32,000 nucleotides of DNA from Vibrio phage vB_VhaS-tm. Positions 7,786-16,057 of the stretch are shown here, piece by piece. Each line of letters opens with the position of its first letter. Position 1 is the stretch's first letter. Location: the sequence record KX198614.1; one strand, written 5' to 3'. Below the pieces are notes generated by a model, which was not told the origin of the DNA, did no database searches, and was given only the letters and a program-made list of their open reading frames with translations. The position numbers and the translations under genes are program-made.

Positions 7786-8230
7786 GTGCTGTGACAACTG
7801 CCAGTCCCCTAGAATTGTGAACGCGAATAATAGCATTATTTACGGTCGTAATTACGGGGACTGGCCCCGTGTTTGGTTCTGTCGGAACTGTAACGCAGCG
7901 GTTAGTTGTCATCCGGGCACAAATTATCCGATGGGTAAGATGGCCACATCGGAGACGCGCGACGCTAGACGCAGAGCGCACAAGCATTTTGATAAGATCT
8001 TCCGCAAGCACAAGATAATGAGCCGCACAGACGCTTACTATTGGCTTGCACGTTCTATGAACATTCCGAAAGATGAATGTCACATATCCTATTTTAACGT
8101 TGAGCAATGTGAACGCGTGATTGAACTATCCCGCAACCTGATACGCGCAACAAAGCGAAAAGCCCGCACCTTGACGCACACACGCGGACGCAAGGTAAGC
8201 AAGCCGGGCCACAAACGGAGAACACTATGA
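7745..8230 (+). CDS. Zinc-finger protein, DUF3268-like
   Basis: 'CCDNCQSPRIVNANNSIIYGRNYGDWPRVWFCRNCNAAVSCHPGTNYPMGKMA' with paired CxxC motifs. Start chosen at ATG 7745; the track gives 7709. Confidence 0.6.
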   Translation: MAQQKREEWLEKPKCCDNCQSPRIVNANNSIIYGRNYGDWPRVWFCRNCNAAVSCHPGTNYPMGKMATSETRDARRRAHKHFDKIFRKHKIMSRTDAYYWLARSMNIPKDECHISYFNVEQCERVIELSRNLIRATKRKARTLTHTRGRKVSKPGHKRRTL

Positions 8231-9276
8231 TCCAATTAGCAACCAAAACGCTTGAAGCAATTAGCCAAGCACTTAACGCGGATAAGTGCGGGCAGTTCAG
8301 ACAGAACCTTAAAATATTGCTTCCTAAGATGGAAGACGCATATCGCGGTACTGAAAGCAAATACAGACAGCACCAAGGCGCTTCTGGTATCGGTCGCGAC
8401 TGTGCGCGTGAGATACAGCTCAAATGGCGATGGGCGCAGCAAGCAAAGTTCGACGAGCGCATGTTGCGCCTGTTTAATCGTGGTCACCTTGAAGAAGCCC
8501 GTTTTCTTGCAATGCTAATGTGTGTGCCTGGCGTTCAGCTTTGGTATGAAACAGAAGACGGTGGGCAGTTTAAGTTCAGCGACTACGCTAACCACTACGG
8601 CAGCGCATTGGATGGTATTGCGGTTGGCATCCCTGACGTACCAGAAGGCGCAGCGTGTTACACTGAGTTTAAGACAGCTAGTTCTAAAGCTTTCGCTAAG
8701 ATAAAGAATAATGGTTGTAGAGCAGAAAAGTTTGAGCACTATGTGCAGATGAACCAATGTATGCTATATTACAAGCTACCGTTTTCACTTTACATGGTTG
8801 TCAATAAAGACACGGATGAATTGTATGCAGAAATTATTCCATTTGATCAAGCCAACGCTGACCAGTACCGCAACCGAGCGGGCGAAATTATATTTACCAC
8901 TGACCCACTCCCAAGAATCAGCAACCAACCGACATTCTGGAAGTGCAAATTCTGTGATGAAAAACCCGTTTGTCACGGTAAAAAGATCCCTGACATTAAC
9001 TGTCGAACGTGCGCTCACTGGTCGCCAAAAGCGGAAGGTGGATACTCTTGTGCGAGAGGTCATGAAGACACAGTTGGAAACAAACACGCGTCGTTTGTTG
9101 GGTGTCCCGAGCACGTATTCGACCCGACCTTGCTGCCTCAGTTTTCCTACATGGGAGGAAACCACGAAAGCAACTATACCGTCCTGCGAACCAGAAGCGG
9201 ACACGAGTTCAAGCAAGGCCCTGACCATGTCACATCCGGTCAGCTTGCCGAAGCCACTTGTTATGATTCCTTATAA
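8227..9276 (+). CDS. PD-(D/E)XK nuclease, Cas4/RecB-like
   Basis: 'GASGIGRDCAREIQLKWRWA', 'RLFNRGHLEEARF', 'GSALDGIAVGI...YTEFKTASSKAFAKI' (D...ExK) and C-terminal Cys clusters. Confidence 0.65.
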   Translation: MIQLATKTLEAISQALNADKCGQFRQNLKILLPKMEDAYRGTESKYRQHQGASGIGRDCAREIQLKWRWAQQAKFDERMLRLFNRGHLEEARFLAMLMCVPGVQLWYETEDGGQFKFSDYANHYGSALDGIAVGIPDVPEGAACYTEFKTASSKAFAKIKNNGCRAEKFEHYVQMNQCMLYYKLPFSLYMVVNKDTDELYAEIIPFDQANADQYRNRAGEIIFTTDPLPRISNQPTFWKCKFCDEKPVCHGKKIPDINCRTCAHWSPKAEGGYSCARGHEDTVGNKHASFVGCPEHVFDPTLLPQFSYMGGNHESNYTVLRTRSGHEFKQGPDHVTSGQLAEATCYDSL

Positions 9277-9288
9277 TGGGGCTTAACG

Positions 9289-11010
9289 ATGCAAATGCAA
9301 CCGAGGGATTATCAGGATTACGCTGTTAATTCAATTATCGATTACTTTGTTAATGGCGGCACGGGCAACCCCGTTGTCGCTATGCCCACGGGCACGGGTA
9401 AGTCGCTAGTTATCGCGGAGTTTATCCGTCGCGCTTGCCAAAGCTGGCCAGGCCAGCGAATGATCATGCTAACCCACGTTAAGGAGTTGATTGAACAAAA
9501 CTTTGACAAAATGGTTAAGCAGTGGCCTACTGTTCCGGCGGGGGTTTACTCCGCTGGCGTAGGTCGTAAAGAGCTGCGCCCGATTACGTTTGCGGGTATA
9601 CAGTCAATCTACAAGGTTGCACACGATTGCGGTCACGTTGATTTGCTGTTGGTAGACGAATGTCACCTTATTCCAAAGAACTCAAATACAATGTATCGCA
9701 AGTTCATTGAGTTCTTAAAGAAGGTAAACCCGCACCTTAAGGTGATCGGTCTTACTGCTACGCCTTACCGCGTGGGTATGGGTATGATCACCGACGAGGA
9801 CGGTTTATTTGACGATATCTGTTGCGACATGACCTCCCTTGAGGCGTTTAACTGGTTCTTTGATCAAGGTTACTTGGCGCGCTTAGTGCCTAACCGTACA
9901 AACACCACTATTGACGTCAGTAAGGTTGGCACGCAACAGGGTGACTTCAAGCAAGGCGAGCTCCAACGTGCAAGTGACCAAGAAGAAATCACACACGCAG
10001 CAGTCTGTGAGATGGTAGACATTGCACGCGAGCAAAACCGTAAGCACTGGCTAATCTTTGGAACTGGTATTGACCACGTAAATAACATCGTTACTGAGCT
10101 GCACAACCAAGGCATAAGCGCGACGTGTGTCCATAGTAAGATGAGCACCGCAGAGCGTGACGCTAACATTAAAGCGTTCATGGACGGCGAAGTTACCGCG
10201 CTTGTAAATAATGGGGTACTTACTACCGGATTCGATGCGCCGTTTATTGACTTGATTGGTATGTTGCGCGCTACCAAGTCGCCGGGCTTATGGGTGCAAA
10301 TGCTTGGTCGTGGTACGCGTCCATATTACGCGCAGGGGTTTGATCTTAGCACGCAACAAGGTCGCTTAGATGCTATTGCGTACAGTGAAAAGCCGGATTG
10401 CCTTGTACTAGACTTTGCGGGCAACACAAAACGCTTAGGGCCAATTAACGACCCTGTATTGCCTAAGAAGAAAGGTAAAGGCGGGGGTGAAGCACCTGTC
10501 CGCGAGTGTGACTATTGCCCTATGATCTTCCATGCGAGCTTGCGCGTGTGTCCGCAATGCGGGCATGAATACCCGCCTGAGATTAAGTTCCGCGCTAAAG
10601 CAAGTGACGATGAACTTATTGCTAAAAAGAAAAAGGACGACAGCCCTGAAGTTGGCGTGTTTAAAGTGGACATGCTCACTTACAAGCTGCGTAACGGTCG
10701 CGTTGGCAAGCCTGGCCATATTGAAGTAACGTATCAGTGTGGGTTCAGACGCTTCAAGCAACCGCTTTGTCTGGAGCATGAAAAGTTCGCACTTAAGAAA
10801 GCGCGCGATTGGTGGCGTAAAGCTACTGGCAACGATGACGGGGACGATATCCCTAAAACGCTAGGTGATGCGCTACAGCGTTGGAGTGAGTGCCGCACAC
10901 CTAAAAATATTCGGGTATGGGTCAATAAGAAACCTTATCCTGAAATTATGTACGTAGACTATGAAGGTGAATTGGATGGACAATCTGAAGCAGGAGTTTA
11001 TAAAGTTTGA
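9289..11010 (+). CDS. SF2 DEAD/DEAH-type helicase, RadD-like, with C-terminal zinc ribbon
   Basis: Motif I 'MPTGTGKS', motif II 'DECH', motif III-like 'LTATPYR', motif VI-like 'QMLGRGTRP', and 'CDYCPMIFHASLRVCPQCGHEYP'. Confidence 0.85.
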   Translation: MQMQPRDYQDYAVNSIIDYFVNGGTGNPVVAMPTGTGKSLVIAEFIRRACQSWPGQRMIMLTHVKELIEQNFDKMVKQWPTVPAGVYSAGVGRKELRPITFAGIQSIYKVAHDCGHVDLLLVDECHLIPKNSNTMYRKFIEFLKKVNPHLKVIGLTATPYRVGMGMITDEDGLFDDICCDMTSLEAFNWFFDQGYLARLVPNRTNTTIDVSKVGTQQGDFKQGELQRASDQEEITHAAVCEMVDIAREQNRKHWLIFGTGIDHVNNIVTELHNQGISATCVHSKMSTAERDANIKAFMDGEVTALVNNGVLTTGFDAPFIDLIGMLRATKSPGLWVQMLGRGTRPYYAQGFDLSTQQGRLDAIAYSEKPDCLVLDFAGNTKRLGPINDPVLPKKKGKGGGEAPVRECDYCPMIFHASLRVCPQCGHEYPPEIKFRAKASDDELIAKKKKDDSPEVGVFKVDMLTYKLRNGRVGKPGHIEVTYQCGFRRFKQPLCLEHEKFALKKARDWWRKATGNDDGDDIPKTLGDALQRWSECRTPKNIRVWVNKKPYPEIMYVDYEGELDGQSEAGVYKV

Positions 11011-11185
11011 TCAATGTGCAACCATTGTTCAAGCTAAAATGAGCGACGTTGGTATCATTAAGACGTGCCGCAACTGTGAGCACGTTGATTTAGGCGCTAA
11101 CGTTTGCAAGAAATACAACAGCACGCCGCCGATTAGTGTGGTCACTACAGGTTGTCCGGAGTGGCAATTATACATCCCTTTCTAA
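10976..11185 (+). CDS. Small Cys-rich protein with a CxxCxH...C...GCPEW motif
   Basis: ORF 10961..11185 overlaps the helicase end. ATG at 10976 is an alternative start. Confidence 0.55.
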   Translation: MDNLKQEFIKFDQCATIVQAKMSDVGIIKTCRNCEHVDLGANVCKKYNSTPPISVVTTGCPEWQLYIPF

Positions 11186-11198
11186 GTGATTAATTTTA

Positions 11199-11229
11199 TA
11201 GGACATCTTCGGGTGTCCTAAATTATTTT
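11199..11229 (+). terminator. Terminator-like hairpin TAGGACATC-TTCG-GGTGTCCTA-AATTATTTT
   Basis: 9-bp stem with one G-U, C(UUCG)G tetraloop, imperfect T-rich tail. Confidence 0.65.
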
Positions 11230-11328
11230 CAAAAAAGAGTGAAAAAGTGTTTGACGTTATCCCCGTTTTAGCGGAATATTACCTCAACGAAGCAAAACAG
11301 CTTCCAAACCAACAAACGGAGAAACATT

Positions 11329-11805
11329 ATGAAAACTTACACTAACGCTTCTAACTGTGCTCGTGCTGCTAAAACTGAACTTTCTAAAATCCTAGGTTTG
11401 GATAAGAAAGAAGTTATCAAAGGTAAGCACTTTGAAGTTCGCGAAGCAGAGTTCAGCGAAGGCTTTATCTGGCACGCAATTGGTAATCAGACTCCGGTTG
11501 TTGAGAAAAAGCTTGAAATTAAACGTGTAAAAGTAGCGCGTCGCACGGTTAAGGTTGAAACACCTAAAGCTGAAGGTATTAAGATCCAGAAAGACCGCGA
11601 AGAGCGTAACGGTGTTAAACGTCCTTCAGCTGGCGGTAAATGTGCGCAGCTTTGGGATCTGTTCGACGCAATGTATGCAGAAAAAGGCATGGTTCCAACG
11701 CCTAAACCTGCTAAACAACGCTCAGCTGAGCTAGACCTTGACCCTGTAACAACTCAAGTTCAGCTATACCGCTGGCGCGAGTTCATGGGTTTCAAAGGTA
11801 AATAA
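11329..11805 (+). CDS. Paralog 1 of a three-member family (C-terminal 'KRPSAGGKCAQLWD...TQVQLYRWREFMG' domain)
   Basis: ORF plus similarity to the ORFs at 11879 and 12586. Confidence 0.65.
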   Translation: MKTYTNASNCARAAKTELSKILGLDKKEVIKGKHFEVREAEFSEGFIWHAIGNQTPVVEKKLEIKRVKVARRTVKVETPKAEGIKIQKDREERNGVKRPSAGGKCAQLWDLFDAMYAEKGMVPTPKPAKQRSAELDLDPVTTQVQLYRWREFMGFKGK

Positions 11806-11813
11806 TCCAATCA

Positions 11814-11846
11814 GGGGTTGACATAAAGTCAGCCCCTTTATAAACT
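11814..11846 (+). promoter_or_regulatory. Composite element: hairpin GGGGTTGAC-ATAAA-GTCAGCCCC overlapping TTGACA-N17-TAAACT
   Basis: Stem 11814-11822/11828-11836; -35 at 11818-11823; -10 at 11841-11846. Confidence 0.5.
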
Positions 11847-11878
11847 ACCTCCATCATTTAAACAATTGGAGCAACACA

Positions 11879-12469
11879 ATGCTATATATCATCGCAAACA
11901 ACAAAGTCGTCGCAACTGCGCAAAACCTATCTGACGCTGACCGCTACTGCGGCAAGCATCTTGCAAACGTTGCAACGCACGTTGACGAATGTTCTCTAAG
12001 TGGTTTGGAAGTCTTCAGCGATGCAGAGTTGCTCCAGATTGTTAGTAACCACATGGAGCGCGATTATTCACACGCTAAGCGTGACGCGCTCATGGGTCTT
12101 GTTCTTAACATCGCAAACGATATTGAACCAGTGCAAAACACGTTCGCTATCCCTGCTGACAAGGAACGCGTACCCTACCAAATCCCGCGCCTAAGCGACA
12201 CACAGCGCCTGGCGCAGTTAGGCGACCATACACAAGCGGGTAAGGGTGCAAGCACCGCAACGCGCAGCACAACCCCCGCAAACGCTAAGCGACCAAAGCC
12301 AGGCACAGCTTCCGCGCAAATTTGGGACACTTGTGACGCAATTTTAGCCAAAGACGGCTTCGATGCGGTGAAAGATGCGGTTATGGTGTGGGGTAAAGCA
12401 AGCGGTATCAACCCGTCCACAGTTCGCACACAATACGGCCACTGGCGCCGTTTTAATAACCTTGGATAA
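11879..12469 (+). CDS. Paralog 2 (C-terminal 'KRPKPGTASAQIWD...TVRTQYGHWRRFNNLG')
   Basis: ORF plus paralogy. Confidence 0.65.
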   Translation: MLYIIANNKVVATAQNLSDADRYCGKHLANVATHVDECSLSGLEVFSDAELLQIVSNHMERDYSHAKRDALMGLVLNIANDIEPVQNTFAIPADKERVPYQIPRLSDTQRLAQLGDHTQAGKGASTATRSTTPANAKRPKPGTASAQIWDTCDAILAKDGFDAVKDAVMVWGKASGINPSTVRTQYGHWRRFNNLG

Positions 12470-12585
12470 CCCATAAAATTATTTTCGCTTTAGGGCTTGC
12501 TTTCGTATGCGAAGCCCCTTAATATTACCCACATGGACACGCAATAACGCGTTTCACCTTAAAATATTATTTGGAGACCATTCCC

Positions 12586-13164
12586 ATGGCTAAAAAACTA
12601 CTAGCACTAACAGCAGCACTTCTTCCACTTCGCGCAGGTACTGACGAAGCTGAAAACTCAAGCACTGAAGGCACTACTCAAGCGCCTGTTGTTACTCAAA
12701 TGCCTGAACAAAACGGCGTTCGTCAACCACGTCCAGGCACTAACTGTGCGGCTATCTGGGACATGGCAACAGCAATGTCTAACGAGCGTAAAGCGACAGT
12801 TGCAGTCGGTGACCTAATCGATGCAGCGACAGCAGCGGGCTTCAACGTTGCTACAATCAAGACTCAGTACGCTCGCTGGCGTAAATTCCACGGCGTTGAA
12901 GGTCGTGTAGAGTCTGAAAAAGCTCGTCTAAAACGCGAAGAAGCGGCAGCTAAGAAAGCTGAACGCGAAGCGGAAAAGGAAGCTAAGCGCAAAGCTCGCG
13001 AAGAAGAGAAAGCGCGCAAGGCTGCTGAAAAAGAAGCTAAGAAAGCTGAGCGTGAAGCTGAGAAGAAACGCAAAGCTGAAGAAGCAGCAGCTAAGAAAGC
13101 CGCAGCAGCAGCCGCAAAAGCTGAAAAAGAACAAGGTGGCGAGTCAGAAGAAGCTGCTGAGTAA
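12586..13164 (+). CDS. Paralog 3 ('RQPRPGTNCAAIWD...TIKTQYARWRKFHG') with a long Lys/Glu/Ala-rich charged C-terminal helix
   Basis: ATG at 12586 with GGAG upstream (track start 12571 is TTG). Confidence 0.65.
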   Translation: MAKKLLALTAALLPLRAGTDEAENSSTEGTTQAPVVTQMPEQNGVRQPRPGTNCAAIWDMATAMSNERKATVAVGDLIDAATAAGFNVATIKTQYARWRKFHGVEGRVESEKARLKREEAAAKKAEREAEKEAKRKAREEEKARKAAEKEAKKAEREAEKKRKAEEAAAKKAAAAAAKAEKEQGGESEEAAE

Positions 13165-13208
13165 TATTGCTCCCAAGCTTCGGCTCAAGTAGGTGAAAGG
13201 CCTACACT

Positions 13209-13255
13209 GCTCCGGGCGGTTTTACCCTGCCATTACCGCCTGGAGCTTTTTCTTT
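13209..13255 (+). terminator. Rho-independent terminator GCTCCGGGCGG...CCGCCTGGAGC-TTTTTCTTT
   Basis: 11-bp stem with one G-U pair, 16-nt loop, T-rich tail. Confidence 0.8.
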
Positions 13256-13300
13256 CATTATGCTGTACCCTGCCAGCATCTTAACAAGGGATTCATATCT

Positions 13301-13999
13301 ATGAACACTCAAAGACCGCAGAAACCGTTCACACATCCGAACGGCCACGTTGTGGTGCATTCCATTTTTTCAACCATCCAAGGTGAAGGTATCTTTGCGG
13401 GTCAACCCGCAACGTTTATCCGCCTGGCGGGATGTAATCTTAAATGCCCTGCATGTGACACCGAATACACCGACACCACTAAGTTCGGTTTAACGTCGCC
13501 TAAATGGATTACCGCTTACGTCGACGCTATCACAGCACCGAACCGTCTTGTGGTCATTACAGGTGGCGAACCTTTTCGACAAAACCTTAACGGTTTGATT
13601 GGAAGCTTACTTGCTCGCAACTACCGCGTCCAAATTGAAACCAACGGCACTATGGCTCCAAGCTACGACACGAAAACGTATAGTAGCGGCGTTTATATTA
13701 TGTGCTCGCCTAAGATTAGTCGCATTCATAAAGACTTAGTTCCGCACATTAGCGCGTACAAGTACGTTGTTGGTTATCTGGACGTTGACGTTATGGATGG
13801 TTTGCCAACCCGCGTGTTAGGCTTACGCGCTAAACCTGCTCGCCCGCCCCAAGGCAATAAAGCACCTATCTTTATTCAGCCAATGGATAGTAAAGACGCG
13901 GACGTTAACTTTAAACACCTTGAAGCAGCTAAGCAGTCCGCGATTACACACGGTTACACGCTTTGCCTTCAAATTCACAAAATCATTGATGTTGAGTAA
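13301..13999 (+). CDS. queE: 7-carboxy-7-deazaguanine synthase (radical SAM)
   Basis: 'FSTIQGEGIFAGQPATFIRLAGCNLKCPACDTEYT' with CX3CX2C. Start ATG 13301 preferred to 13193, which would overlap the terminator. Confidence 0.92.
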   Translation: MNTQRPQKPFTHPNGHVVVHSIFSTIQGEGIFAGQPATFIRLAGCNLKCPACDTEYTDTTKFGLTSPKWITAYVDAITAPNRLVVITGGEPFRQNLNGLIGSLLARNYRVQIETNGTMAPSYDTKTYSSGVYIMCSPKISRIHKDLVPHISAYKYVVGYLDVDVMDGLPTRVLGLRAKPARPPQGNKAPIFIQPMDSKDADVNFKHLEAAKQSAITHGYTLCLQIHKIIDVE

Positions 14000-14004
14000 T
14001 TATT

Positions 14005-14736
14005 ATGAAAGATCTATTAGCTATTCCAGCAAGTGCAAAGAAAGAATCGTGTGTTTTGGTGTTCAGCGGGGGTCAAGACTCAACAACCTGTTTGGGCGTT
14101 GCTCTGGAGCACTTTAAGCATGTGTATTGCATTACGTTCGCTTACGGCCAAAAGCATGAAGTTGAGCTGCACTGTGCGCACAATATTGTCAACATGTATG
14201 AGAACGTTGACTTTGAAGTTATTCCGGTTGACACCTTGCGTCGTTTTGCAGATAGCGCGCTGATCCGTGGTGCAGAACAAAAAGACGTTAATGCTGACCA
14301 CAATAGCAAGCCTGGCCTTCCTGCGTCGTTTGTGCCTAACCGCAACGCGACGTTCCTAACCCTCGCGCACGCATACGCTCAAAAGATGGGTGCAGAATGG
14401 TTAATGACTGGCGTGTGTGAAACGGATTATAGCGGTTACCCTGATTGTCGCCGTGTGTTTATCCAAGCACTAGAAACCGCGCTCAACCTTGGCTCTAACA
14501 GCCACATTAAGATCCTAACCCCGTTGATGGAATTGGACAAAGCGGAGACATTTCATCTTGCAGAAGAGTACGGTTTCCTTGATACTGTACTTAATGAGTC
14601 GCACACTTGCTACAACGGCAAGCGAGGCGGCGAGTTCTATCATGAATGGGGGCACGGTTGCGGCGAATGCCCGGCGTGTCAGCTTCGTAAACAAGGTTGG
14701 GAGAAATTCTTAAATGGCGAGAATGAAGAAGGGTAA
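14005..14736 (+). CDS. queC: 7-cyano-7-deazaguanine (preQ0) synthase
   Basis: PP-loop 'VFSGGQDSTTCLG', 'PNRNATFLTLAHAYA', 'TGVCETDYSGYPDCR', C-terminal 'CGECPAC'. Confidence 0.95.
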   Translation: MKDLLAIPASAKKESCVLVFSGGQDSTTCLGVALEHFKHVYCITFAYGQKHEVELHCAHNIVNMYENVDFEVIPVDTLRRFADSALIRGAEQKDVNADHNSKPGLPASFVPNRNATFLTLAHAYAQKMGAEWLMTGVCETDYSGYPDCRRVFIQALETALNLGSNSHIKILTPLMELDKAETFHLAEEYGFLDTVLNESHTCYNGKRGGEFYHEWGHGCGECPACQLRKQGWEKFLNGENEEG

Positions 14737-14899
14737 AACTACCCGTATTTATCTTGAAGGTGGACCGCTTGCGGGCGGTTCCATCCTAATGTCAGACCCT
14801 GCAAGCGGTACATTGACATTTACATCGAAAGGGCAAACTGGACGTTACGGTTCGTTTGTTGGCGGGAATAAGCTATATTGGGAGCCTAAAAATGGGTAA
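14714..14899 (+). CDS. Small hypothetical protein (61 aa) between queC and queD
   Basis: ORF overlapping queC by 23 nt and queD by 8 nt, tight translational coupling. Internal Met at 14723 is an alternative start. Confidence 0.55.
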   Translation: MARMKKGKTTRIYLEGGPLAGGSILMSDPASGTLTFTSKGQTGRYGSFVGGNKLYWEPKNG

Positions 14900-15362
14900 G
14901 CACACAGTAATCCGTTATCACGACTTTTGTGCAGGTCACACAGTCACCGGACATGAAAGCAAGTGTAAACACCTGCACGGTCACAACTACCGCGTTCACT
15001 TCCATGTGCGCGTTAAAGACCACGATCCAAGCTGTGAAGGATCTTGCATTAATACAGCACAGCTAGACAAGGTTGGTCGCGTTGTCGACTTTAGTGTGGT
15101 CAAACAATTGCTTTGCAACTGGTTAGAGCACCAATGGGATCACAAGTTCCTTATCAATAAGGACGACCCGCGCCTGGCACAGTTACTTGAAGCGGATCAC
15201 GGTTCGCTAGTTATCTGCAACTTTAACCCGACCGCTGAAAACATGGCTCAGTACCTTGTTGAAACGGTTGGCCCTGCGGCACTAGCTGACACAGACGTTC
15301 AGTTAATTGGTGTTGAGTTGGAGGAAACCCGCAAATGTTCAGTAAGTTACTTTTTGGACTAG
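14892..15362 (+). CDS. queD: 6-carboxy-5,6,7,8-tetrahydropterin synthase
   Basis: 'FCAGHTV...CKHLHGHNYRVHF', 'GRVVDFSVVK', 'WDHKFL', 'NPTAENMA...VELEETRKCSVSY'. Start ATG 14892 (track start 14856). Confidence 0.92.
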   Translation: MGKHTVIRYHDFCAGHTVTGHESKCKHLHGHNYRVHFHVRVKDHDPSCEGSCINTAQLDKVGRVVDFSVVKQLLCNWLEHQWDHKFLINKDDPRLAQLLEADHGSLVICNFNPTAENMAQYLVETVGPAALADTDVQLIGVELEETRKCSVSYFLD

Positions 15363-15457
15363 GTGGTTTCGCGCTATGGTTCGCTCTAATGTGGTTGATG
15401 TACTACGCGGGCGAGCCTAGCACGGTTTGGTTAGTAGAATTATTCATAGGTAAATAA
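15335..15457 (+). CDS. 40-aa predicted single-pass membrane peptide MFSKLLFGLGGFALWFALMWLMYYAGEPSTVWLVELFIGK
   Basis: ATG 15335, stop TAA 15455-15457, immediately followed by the folE ATG at 15458. Overlaps the queD 3' end. Below the ORF-track length cutoff. Confidence 0.5.
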   Translation: MFSKLLFGLGGFALWFALMWLMYYAGEPSTVWLVELFIGK

Positions 15458-16057
15458 ATGAGCAAGCAAATTGAACAAAGCATGAAAAACGGTCTTATCG
15501 CTAACCGCGTCGCGGAAATCCTTGAGTTGGTTGAAACGGGTGACTTTAAAGAAGGTTACCAGTTACGCGAAGGCTTGCAGGAAACGCCCGCACGCGTAGC
15601 TAAGGCGTTCGCTCATTGGTTCGGGGGTTATGACCTAAATGCTGAAGACATCCTTAAAACTTTTGAAGACGGCGCTGAAGGTTGTGACTCTATGGTCGCT
15701 GTGGTTGATATTCCATTTTACAGTAAGTGTGAGCATCATATGGCTGATATCTTTGGTGTCGCAACAGTGGCCTATATTCCTAACGGGCGCATTGTGGGCC
15801 TTAGTAAACTCAGTCGCCTTGTTGATATGTATGCTCGTCGTTTACAAGTGCAAGAGCGCCTTACAAACCAGATCGCTGACGCGCTCGTTGAGCACCTTGA
15901 ACCGATTGGTGTGGGTGTTACAATTAAAGCTCGCCACATGTGCATGGAGTCGCGCGGCATTTGCCAACAGGGTCACCACACGGTTACGACCGCGTTACGT
16001 GGTGCAATCAAAGAGCAACCAGAAACCCGCGCTGAGTTTATGCAACTTGGCAAGTAA
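15458..16057 (+). CDS. folE: GTP cyclohydrolase I
   Basis: 'SKCEHHMADIFGVATVAYIPNGRIVGLSKLSRLVDMYARRLQVQERLTNQIADAL...VGVTIKARHMCMESRGI'. Confidence 0.93.
   Translation: MSKQIEQSMKNGLIANRVAEILELVETGDFKEGYQLREGLQETPARVAKAFAHWFGGYDLNAEDILKTFEDGAEGCDSMVAVVDIPFYSKCEHHMADIFGVATVAYIPNGRIVGLSKLSRLVDMYARRLQVQERLTNQIADALVEHLEPIGVGVTIKARHMCMESRGICQQGHHTVTTALRGAIKEQPETRAEFMQLGK

Noticed and set aside
8785-9228. 147-aa minus-strand and 8798..9286 162-aa other-frame ORFs
   Set aside because: They lie opposite or out of frame with the nuclease gene, have no plausible domains, and break the operon organisation.
12864-13134. Phe/Ser-rich minus-strand ORFs
   Set aside because: Antisense of the Lys/Glu/Ala repeat region in paralog 3.
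13193-13300. N-terminal extension of QueE
   Set aside because: It overlaps a strong terminator (13209-13255), and QueE homology begins after MNTQRPQKP.
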